DNA of 64,000 nt from Spirochaetota bacterium (lineage in GTDB: Bacteria > Spirochaetota > UBA4802 > UBA5550), in the NCBI GenBank assembly GCA_016933025.1, contig JAFGBT010000034.1, forward strand, positions 518 to 64,517, in the 5' to 3' direction. A program made the translations under genes and the position numbers. Within the stretch, counting starts at the first letter, position 1. Every line of letters starts with the position of its first letter. Below, one piece after another: positions 56,455 through 64,000 of the stretch. Under the pieces are notes generated by a model that was not told the origin of the DNA, made no database searches, and was given only the letters and a program-made list of their open reading frames with translations.

Positions 56455-58392
56455 ATGGTTGATAAAGAAGAGATAAAAAAAATCGAGAGACGCGCCCGCG
56501 CCCTCCTGACGAGCAAGGAAATACCGCCGCACAAACAGGAAGTTGTACGGTCCCTGATGAACAATCGTCGCCTCAAGCCCGGGGAGAAATACCGGGCGGT
56601 GATAGAGCTCGTCGAGTCATGCCCGGACAAGAAGGTGGTTCTGTACGACGACACGGCCGTGAAGCCGGAGCCTCCCGCCAAGAAGGCCTCTCCGAAAAAA
56701 GCAGGCTCACGTCCGCAGCAACCGGAAGTTTTCGGCCCGACCGAGACGTCGTATTATATCGACAATCTTGCCCGCACGTACGCCCACCTGAAGCTCTTCC
56801 GGAAACGTTATTTCGTCCACCGTAATAACAGGATCGGCATCGGCATACGGAAGCGCCTCGTCCCCTCGCGCAACCTGGTCAGGGTGATGAATTACCTCGC
56901 TGATCTCCAGGGCATGATAACGGCGAGGTTGGTCACGATCATGATGGCGATTCTCGACGATCCCGCGGCGGAATCCCCCGTTATTTTCAACTATATTCGG
57001 ACCATCCGGAGGTGGATGTCCGACATGCCGCTGATCAACATTAAATACGACGCCATGAAGTGGATGGAACGGGCGCAGTTTGACCGGGAGTTGCGGGGGT
57101 GGATATCCGGCTTTTTTTCCTTCCTGATGCTCGAGGGCGAGATGAGGGAAAATATCACTCACGAGGTTGAAACGCGCCTTCGCGCGCAGGACGAACTTCG
57201 CAAGGAAGACTTCCTGGATGGGGAGCCCGCACTCTCACGAAAGGAAAAGGAGAAGCGTAATCTGGAAAAGGAAAAAAAGATTTATGAATACATGATGTTT
57301 TTCCGCTCCTTCCTTCCCATCGACGAGAAGCAGGAGACGCTCCTATCCAAACGTCTGAAGCACGGGTATGGGATTGGCGGTGTGGCAGAACTGATGATGA
57401 CGATCGCCGAGGCCCTTGTGTTCCAGCGACCCATTCGGCTGAACGAGCTAGTCGCGTATTACGGCATCGGCGCGCCGTTCGTGAACACCGCTGCATGGGA
57501 TTACAGCGAGGAATATCTTGCTAAAGTCGGCAAGGACGCCGAATCTTTCGAGAAGAAGAAGCGGGAGTCTATCAGAAAGGAGCTTGAGCCCTATGAAACC
57601 CTCGCACTTTTATTGAGGCATGATGACCAGGGCCAGAACCTGATGCTGAAGGGTGTGGAGGACGAGTGGCGTTACATAGACCGGAGGCACTACGATCCGA
57701 AGATAATATACAACGAAAATTTCACGAGTTTCCTGGAGACCCTGGTACTCTATTTCAGGAACCTCTATGTCCCGCTGCTGGACGGCAGCACCATAAGATT
57801 CCGAGACATGGGCCGGCAGGAGATCGAGGGGTCCATCTTTTCTTTCAATTACTTCGAAAGCCAACTGACCGATTTCAACAGGATCCTCGACGATATGCAT
57901 TTCTTTAAAACCGGGAATCCGACGCTCGCGGTCAAGAGAGAGGAGATCCGGAGGATCATGAGAGACCGATCGGTCACCATGGCACATGTCGAAAAATTCA
58001 TCCGCTCAATAGGCGACTGCTTTTATTTCATCGGCAAGGAACTTCAGAGGGTGTATGATATGCACCGGCGATGGACAGCCGGCAGGTCCGCGCCGTCCGC
58101 AAACGATCCGATCAGGGAGCCGATCAAGGACCGGGAGGGCGCCGAAGACCGCGAGCGGGCGAGACCGATCCCATATCATGACTGCGTGATTCTCGAGCTT
58201 GAGAACAGCACGGCGCTTTCCCGGGAGATTATTGGGAGAAGGGTAATGGAAGATTCGCTCTATGACGGCGTATTTGTGCGGATGACCGCCTTTGCCTATC
58301 AGGTCGCGTACGAGTGCATGAACGAGCGGGTCGCGCGCGATCTGGAAGAACGCAAGGCCCTGTTGAAGAAGATAGAAGATGCACCGAAATAA
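56455..58392 (+). CDS. Large hypothetical cytoplasmic protein
   Basis: 645-aa ORF with host-like codon usage; no recognised motif. Confidence 0.75.
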   Translation: MVDKEEIKKIERRARALLTSKEIPPHKQEVVRSLMNNRRLKPGEKYRAVIELVESCPDKKVVLYDDTAVKPEPPAKKASPKKAGSRPQQPEVFGPTETSYYIDNLARTYAHLKLFRKRYFVHRNNRIGIGIRKRLVPSRNLVRVMNYLADLQGMITARLVTIMMAILDDPAAESPVIFNYIRTIRRWMSDMPLINIKYDAMKWMERAQFDRELRGWISGFFSFLMLEGEMRENITHEVETRLRAQDELRKEDFLDGEPALSRKEKEKRNLEKEKKIYEYMMFFRSFLPIDEKQETLLSKRLKHGYGIGGVAELMMTIAEALVFQRPIRLNELVAYYGIGAPFVNTAAWDYSEEYLAKVGKDAESFEKKKRESIRKELEPYETLALLLRHDDQGQNLMLKGVEDEWRYIDRRHYDPKIIYNENFTSFLETLVLYFRNLYVPLLDGSTIRFRDMGRQEIEGSIFSFNYFESQLTDFNRILDDMHFFKTGNPTLAVKREEIRRIMRDRSVTMAHVEKFIRSIGDCFYFIGKELQRVYDMHRRWTAGRSAPSANDPIREPIKDREGAEDRERARPIPYHDCVILELENSTALSREIIGRRVMEDSLYDGVFVRMTAFAYQVAYECMNERVARDLEERKALLKKIEDAPK

Positions 58393-58455
58393 AATTATTC
58401 TTGCCTAAAAATTTCTTTTCTTTTTCCTTCCCCTTGTTGATTGTGACACGACCGT

Positions 58456-59913
58456 ATGAATTTTGCATCCTACATTTCACGCCTTATTCCGGGCAGGTTC
58501 AGACACGAGGGTGGCTACCGCGATCTCATAGTCATCGCGTTCCCGCTTTTCATCAGCACCGGGTCCTGGGCTATTCAGCATTTCGTCGACCGGATGTATC
58601 TGAACTGGTACTCGAGCGAGGCGGTTGCCGCGTCCATGCCCTCGGGGATATTGAATTTCGCCATTTGCAGCCTGTTTATGGGTACTGCGGGCTACGTAAG
58701 CACCTTTGTTGCCCAGTATTACGGCGCGGACCGGAAAAGAATGATAGGCCCGGTTCTCTGGCAGGGGTTATATATATCGGTCGTGGCCGGGGTGTTGATA
58801 TTTTTTGTCAGCCCCTTTTCTGATGAAATTTTCACGCTGGTCGGCCATTCGCCCGGTGTACAGGGGCTGGAGTCGATTTATTTCAAGACCCTCTGCTACG
58901 GCGGAATGCCCCTGGTGGCATCTTCCGCGATGTCCGGATATTTTTCCGGGCTCGGCAGGACCGGCATCATCATGGCGGCAAATATTGCGGCCACCCTGGT
59001 GAATGTCATAGTGGATTATCTCCTAATTTTCGGATACTACGGTTTTCCGGAGATGGGCATTCAGGGCGCCGCTGTCGCCACCGTGACCTCATCATGCGTG
59101 TCGTTTGTGATATATGCGCTATGCATATTCAGGAGAGCTGCTGACGAGGAATATCATACAGTGCGAGGATGGCGGCTTAATCCGGAGTTGCTCCGCAGGC
59201 TTATTCGTTTCGGACTACCCAATGGCATACAGTTCTTTCTGGATATCGCGGGCATGACTTTTTTCGTTCTTTTTATCGGCAGGCTGGGCACGGTCAGTCT
59301 TGCGGCCACGAACATAGCGTTCAATATCAACACTGTTGCCTTCATGCCCATGATCGGCCTCGGCATCGCGGTATCGGTGCTGGTGGGCCAGTATCAGGGG
59401 CGAAGGCGCCCCGACCTCGCCGAGTACAGCGTGTGGTCGGGCTTCCACCTGACCGTACTCTACATGGGCACCATAGCGGTCCTGTACCTGGTAGTTCCCG
59501 GTATTTTCCTCGCGCCCTATGCGGCCCGCGCAAATCCCGCCGAATTCAGCGCCATAGCCGATCTTGCACGGATGCTTCTCAGGTTCGTCGCGCTCTACTC
59601 TGTTTTTGATGCGATGAATATCATTTTCGCGTCAGCGATCAAAGGGGCGGGGGACACCCGGTTTGTCATGCGCGCAATCATACTCCTTTCCCTGTTCGTG
59701 CTCGTCATCCCGAGCTACCTGGTCCTGTTTGTTTTAGATCTGGGGATTTACGCCGGATGGACCATCGTATCGTTATACGTTATCATGCTCGGGTTGATAT
59801 TCTTCATCCGCTTTCTTCGCGGGCAATGGAAAAGCATGCGTGTTATTGAAGAGTCCCATGCCGTTATACCCCCCTCCATGCCTGAAGGGCCGGCAGGAGT
59901 TATAGAAATATAA
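58456..59913 (+). CDS. MATE family efflux transporter
   Basis: FVDRMYL, AQYYGA, MGIQGAAVAT, GAGDTRF, 12 TMs. Confidence 0.93.
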   Translation: MNFASYISRLIPGRFRHEGGYRDLIVIAFPLFISTGSWAIQHFVDRMYLNWYSSEAVAASMPSGILNFAICSLFMGTAGYVSTFVAQYYGADRKRMIGPVLWQGLYISVVAGVLIFFVSPFSDEIFTLVGHSPGVQGLESIYFKTLCYGGMPLVASSAMSGYFSGLGRTGIIMAANIAATLVNVIVDYLLIFGYYGFPEMGIQGAAVATVTSSCVSFVIYALCIFRRAADEEYHTVRGWRLNPELLRRLIRFGLPNGIQFFLDIAGMTFFVLFIGRLGTVSLAATNIAFNINTVAFMPMIGLGIAVSVLVGQYQGRRRPDLAEYSVWSGFHLTVLYMGTIAVLYLVVPGIFLAPYAARANPAEFSAIADLARMLLRFVALYSVFDAMNIIFASAIKGAGDTRFVMRAIILLSLFVLVIPSYLVLFVLDLGIYAGWTIVSLYVIMLGLIFFIRFLRGQWKSMRVIEESHAVIPPSMPEGPAGVIEI

Positions 59914-60036
59914 AAAATTTGGCGAGGCGGGATATGGCTCGTCTATGCATATGATGTATTTCTGATATGGATATTTATTTTTTATAAGATTCTCCTCCTG
60001 ATCGTTAGCTTATTAATACCATTGCAGGGGGACGGA

Positions 60037-60513
60037 ATGATAGAAACCACCTTGTATCTTCGCAATTATCAACGTACGAGGCTTCTGGAGGCAGTTGTAA
60101 CAACCGGCCAGCCCAGAGGACGCATCATATCGGCGCTTATGAAGAAAATCGCCGGGGACCATGGGAAGTTGATACGTTCATGGTCAAGGGTAAAATACCA
60201 GGACCGCTCCGGGGAAAAGGGTCGGGAGTTCCATGTAACACTCAAGCCTGACGAGTATGAGTTTTTCCAGGATTTGAGGAAGTTTTTCAAGCGGTCGGTT
60301 TCGGGGCTGGTTGCTGATGCGGTTGATAAATATCTTGATGAGGTAATCGAAGAAATTACTAAAGAGACCGATAACTATTGGTATAGCAATTACGCATTGT
60401 CCAGCATTATTATAGATGGAGTAGTGTGTTGGATCCTCTACTGGGGAATACCGAAAAAACTACTTACCAACCCGCGCTATTCAGTGGATTTCTGCCCGTC
60501 CGGCCCCGGTTGA
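60037..60513 (+). CDS. Hypothetical protein resembling spirochete DUF1564/ribbon-helix-helix-like proteins
   Basis: VKYQ...FHVTLKPDEYEFFQDLRKFFKRSVSGLVADAV; family call from memory of pattern only. Confidence 0.5.
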   Translation: MIETTLYLRNYQRTRLLEAVVTTGQPRGRIISALMKKIAGDHGKLIRSWSRVKYQDRSGEKGREFHVTLKPDEYEFFQDLRKFFKRSVSGLVADAVDKYLDEVIEEITKETDNYWYSNYALSSIIIDGVVCWILYWGIPKKLLTNPRYSVDFCPSGPG

Positions 60514-60821
60514 TGGGTGCCTTTTCCTTTATGTTCCTCTTCCCGGTCAAGCTCGGCTTCCTGCTGGGCAATCCGCTTCTTCTCTTCTTTTTCTACCCGC
60601 CAGAGGTACATGCGTTCCGCCGTGCTTCCTGACAGCTGCTGCGCCAGTTCCTCGATGATCTGGTTCACCTGGAGGAGCTTGAGGCGGGTATCCTCATCGA
60701 AAAACTGGATATAATCGGTCTTTAGTTCAAAGATAAGCTGGCCGATCTGCATGATCTTAAATGATAAGTCAGCTGATAGCTTCATTTCCATCTTTTCTTG
60801 CTGTTTCTGGAACAGGGACAT
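60477..60821 (-). CDS. Hypothetical helical protein
   Basis: ORF with GGAGG RBS; convergent 37-nt overlap with the preceding gene. Confidence 0.65.
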   Translation of the reverse strand: MSLFQKQQEKMEMKLSADLSFKIMQIGQLIFELKTDYIQFFDEDTRLKLLQVNQIIEELAQQLSGSTAERMYLWRVEKEEKKRIAQQEAELDREEEHKGKGTHQPGPDGQKSTE

Positions 60822-60943
60822 GGAACTCCTCCCGATAGTTATCGGTAATAGTTTACCGATTGGGGGTTATCGTCAAGAAATAAATCTACTCAGACAACCA
60901 CCCACTACAATATACATTAAAATACCACCCTCCGGCAACAGAT

Positions 60944-60977
60944 AAAAAAAGGCCGGGGTTTCATCCCCGGCCTTTTT
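60944..60977 (-). terminator. Rho-independent (bidirectional) terminator after the Lig-like gene
   Basis: A7-ggccgggg-tttcat-ccccggcc-T5. Confidence 0.85.
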
Positions 60978-60999
60978 ATTTGCCTGCAAATACTCTGTC

Positions 61000-63900
61000 C
61001 TACTCCTCAATCCTCTCTCTGTACACCTGGATCGCGTCGCTTCCGGTACTTCCGTCAGAATCGCCCACGGTGAAGTAGATGTAGCGGTATATGCCGTCGC
61101 TGATCTCGGTTGACGAGTAGAATGTGTCGAAGTAGATTTCATTATCGTACGACCCGCCGCCAGCAATAGTCGGGTTATGCCAGAAGCCAGGGTTGCCAAC
61201 CGGTACCCAGCCGGCTGACTCCATGTTAAGTATTGCAGGATCCCCTGGGTCTGGATATTCAGTCACAGATGTTGCCCCTGGAGCTGTGCTGTTGATTTTA
61301 AAGAGTCGTATCCCATTCGTCATGTCGTCAAATCCAACGTAGAGCCAGCCGTCTCCCAGGTTCTGGAGGAGACTGATCCTGTTGGCTGTAGGAGTAGCAC
61401 CACCCAATTCAATTTCAGTGCCCTGGATGATCCTTGTCCAGTCAGCGGCTTCGCACATGTTCGCATCGCCGGTCGTGGCAGGATTACATCTCCAGAGTTC
61501 TCCACGCTCCGCTGTTGTGTCGCTTGCTTCGCTTACAGCGACGTTACGAGCCAGATAGAGAAGACCGTTGTACTCCATCATAATGGGGTAGCCTTTCTTG
61601 CCCGGGCTTATTTTTCCAAGACCACCTCCGTCGGCATCATCAGCATCCGGCATTTCAAGGGTTTTATCGCTTAGGCTTGATGGCGTAACAGTCGTCCAGG
61701 TGAAGGTGATATCAACGCCAGCTGAATCGGCCTGGTCCCAGCTCGACCGCGGCGCCACTCCCACACCGCCATTGTTCGCGACATACAGATAATCATTAAA
61801 CACGATAATCGAGTCTATACCTGCCACTTCGGTGTTATCCACTGGGTCCTGCCACGGGTCATCTCGCACCACTTCAGCAGGAACGCCCAGGCTTACTACA
61901 CCGCCCGTTTGGGAGATTATATACCTGTTCAAAATTGGGATAATAGAGTTGTGGCTTGAAGAAATCCCGACAAACAGGTACTTGTTGTGGCCGTAGATGG
62001 TCTGCACGCTCTTGCTGTTCAGGCCATTGGTGCCGGTAACAGACGCATATTTCCAGTTGAGCTCGGTATCGGCGTCCTGCGTGTAGTAAATATTGTTCAC
62101 GTTATTTTTCAACGGCCCCGCGATAAGGAGCTCGTACTCGGGGTCAGGTACATCGTCATTGTTCAGGTCCGGATATATCGCGTTAAAGCCGACCACGCCG
62201 ACTTCCCCATCCGGGCCGCTGTTTGTCCCACATGAGGGCACGGTGCCAAGATCAACGGTAATATATCCAAAACCATCAGTGGTCGGGCATGAGAGACTGG
62301 TCAGGGAAGAGAAATCAAAGGTCACAAGCACGCTGTTCAGACCTGTCGGGTCGAACCGGAATGCTGCGTTGTTAAAGTCGTTTGTCCCGAGGTATACCCT
62401 GCCGCGGTAGGCGAACGACCACGAGAAGGTCGAGCCGTCGGAGAACGGATCGATGTAGTAGCCGCCGTCCTCAACATTTTCTATGGCATCCCCCTTGCCA
62501 AGGAAGGAGGCGCGGTCCTTGGGCGCGGCCTGCACGTTCTCGGTCGGCGTCTTTACCGACTTGATGCTCGTAGTGCCGTTGTCGAATCCGTCTCCGTTTC
62601 TGGCGTTGGCGACCGCCACCGAGTAGGCGATACCCTCCTGTTCAACATCGTGCGTTATGGTAACGATGTTCGTCTGGTCGCCGGAGCCCCGCACCGCCAG
62701 GATGACGTTGCCCAGCAGGGCCTCATCCGAATTGTTCCGCGGGAAGAGCTTGTACAGCAAGTGGCAGTCGTAGGCTGGCCCGACATTATCGTCGCACTCG
62801 CACGAGGCCGTGGTGACCGGCTTGTTGAAGGTGATCTTGACATGGGTCGTGTCCGTCGCCTCGGCCGCCACAACCTTGAGCTGTTCGTTGCCGATGAAGG
62901 TGAGGAAGCGCGGCTCGCCCATGGCGTTGGGCGTCGCCGCCTGGTCGGTGACCGTCGCGTCCACGGTCACCTTGTACCTTCTGCTCAGCACTGATGTCGC
63001 GACATACCCGTCAAGCGGGTCCGCGTCTTCAAGAATGAGCTGGTAGGTCTGGGCGTCGATCTCCATGTTTTCCGGCGTGTTGTCAGCCGGGTTGGTGGAG
63101 ATCCTCAGGTTGTTGGTGTCGTCCCCGTCGGACGGGTCCTCCACTATCGTGTACCTCTGGTAGTTGTCAGCCGCTGTGGCGCTCCCGTCATTCAACATGT
63201 CTTCCGAGAACTTCACGATAATCTTCAGCGGCTCGTTGTTGATCACGCTTACCATGTAGGGCGCGATGGTGTCCACGCCCGCGAATTCTTTGATATTGTT
63301 GGCCCCGTCATCGCAGGCAAGGTCGTTCCCGGCGAGGTCCATCAGGTTGTATTTGTGTCCTATGATGTAGTAGGGATCAACCGTGGTGCCGCCGGCAAAG
63401 GTCAGCACAAAGGTGGTCTGAGATTCCACGACAACGCTGCTTGCCACGACGCCGCCGGTGGTGGTGAAGTTCTTGTTGTCCGAGCAGACTCCCAGGTAGG
63501 CAGACTTGAGCAGTATCTTGTAGTTGGAGGGAGCCGCCGCGTCATGAACCGGTGTGGCACTCGGGTTGATATCCATCGTTTCGGAGAAGGTGACCCGTAC
63601 CCTGGTGGTCCCGCCAACGATCGGCGCCAGCAGTTTCACGCTAGATATGTATGGATGCACGCTGTCAGCGGCGTTCACGTTGAAGGTGGCAGTTCCGCTC
63701 CTGCTGCCCCGTTCCGCGGTGATTGTGATTGTCCCGCCGCTAACCGCTGTAGCGAGCCCGTTGGTTCCGGACCCGTTGCTGATCGTGGCGACTGCCGGGT
63801 CATCGGTTGACCAGACTACCTGTGTGGTAAGGTCCTGGGTGGTGCCGTCGGAGTATGTGCCGGTAGCGGTAAACTGCTGGGTTTCGCCCGGATTTTTCGT

Positions 63901-64000
63901 CGCGCTTGAAGGCGCAACGTCGATCGAACGAAGCGAGATGCGTCTTACCGAAAGGGTAGTGGAGTCATGCGGATCTGTTGCCGGATCGCCTCCTTCTGGA
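61000..64000 (-). CDS. Lig-like surface protein: Big_2 Ig repeat(s) plus LigB/LigC-type C-terminal non-repeat region (5' end outside the window)
   Basis: Frame is open to the window edge: LRSIDVAPSSATKNPGETQQFTATGTYSDGTTQDLTTQVVWSTDDPAVATISN (Big_2). C-terminal DPFSDGSTFSWSFAYRGRVYLG, GPDGEVG, FNDYLYVANNGG resemble LigB. Confidence 0.8.
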   Translation of the reverse strand, partial: PEGGDPATDPHDSTTLSVRRISLRSIDVAPSSATKNPGETQQFTATGTYSDGTTQDLTTQVVWSTDDPAVATISNGSGTNGLATAVSGGTITITAERGSRSGTATFNVNAADSVHPYISSVKLLAPIVGGTTRVRVTFSETMDINPSATPVHDAAAPSNYKILLKSAYLGVCSDNKNFTTTGGVVASSVVVESQTTFVLTFAGGTTVDPYYIIGHKYNLMDLAGNDLACDDGANNIKEFAGVDTIAPYMVSVINNEPLKIIVKFSEDMLNDGSATAADNYQRYTIVEDPSDGDDTNNLRISTNPADNTPENMEIDAQTYQLILEDADPLDGYVATSVLSRRYKVTVDATVTDQAATPNAMGEPRFLTFIGNEQLKVVAAEATDTTHVKITFNKPVTTASCECDDNVGPAYDCHLLYKLFPRNNSDEALLGNVILAVRGSGDQTNIVTITHDVEQEGIAYSVAVANARNGDGFDNGTTSIKSVKTPTENVQAAPKDRASFLGKGDAIENVEDGGYYIDPFSDGSTFSWSFAYRGRVYLGTNDFNNAAFRFDPTGLNSVLVTFDFSSLTSLSCPTTDGFGYITVDLGTVPSCGTNSGPDGEVGVVGFNAIYPDLNNDDVPDPEYELLIAGPLKNNVNNIYYTQDADTELNWKYASVTGTNGLNSKSVQTIYGHNKYLFVGISSSHNSIIPILNRYIISQTGGVVSLGVPAEVVRDDPWQDPVDNTEVAGIDSIIVFNDYLYVANNGGVGVAPRSSWDQADSAGVDITFTWTTVTPSSLSDKTLEMPDADDADGGGLGKISPGKKGYPIMMEYNGLLYLARNVAVSEASDTTAERGELWRCNPATTGDANMCEAADWTRIIQGTEIELGGATPTANRISLLQNLGDGWLYVGFDDMTNGIRLFKINSTAPGATSVTEYPDPGDPAILNMESAGWVPVGNPGFWHNPTIAGGGSYDNEIYFDTFYSSTEISDGIYRYIYFTVGDSDGSTGSDAIQVYRERIEE

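Noticed and set aside
63676-63678. ORF-track start of the Lig-like gene
   Set aside because: The frame stays open through a Big_2 repeat to the window edge, so this GTG is internal.

Overview
A GC-rich bacterial chromosomal segment, most likely from a spirochete of or near the Leptospirae lineage. This is inferred from a spirochete-type ATPase+HDOD protein, a Lig-like Ig-repeat protein, an LruC-domain lipoprotein and a DUF1564-like protein. About 50 genes are supportable. In order they are: an AT-rich three-gene surface-protein islet (Ig/beta-propeller lipoprotein, subtilase, beta-barrel) next to tRNA-Val(TAC) and rpsT; an mpl-nfeD-stomatin-menA-ankyrin-lipase run with several palindromic REP-like elements between genes; a hybrid 7TM/PAS histidine kinase; tandem beta-lactamase-family hydrolases; a ~12 kb envelope glycosylation region (GT-C, GT2, GT4, flippase-like proteins, an orphan MacB-type permease); a bacterial cereblon (CULT) homolog converging on an ECF sigma/ZAS anti-sigma pair; two paralogous membrane sensor proteins with no output domain; a GMC/FAD oxidoreductase operon; a K+ channel with a separate cNMP-binding protein; MotB-like and MATE genes; and the 3' part of a large Lig-like gene. 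No integrase, transposase, CRISPR array, reverse transcriptase or rRNA was recognised. All calls come from reading motifs by eye, with no database searches.
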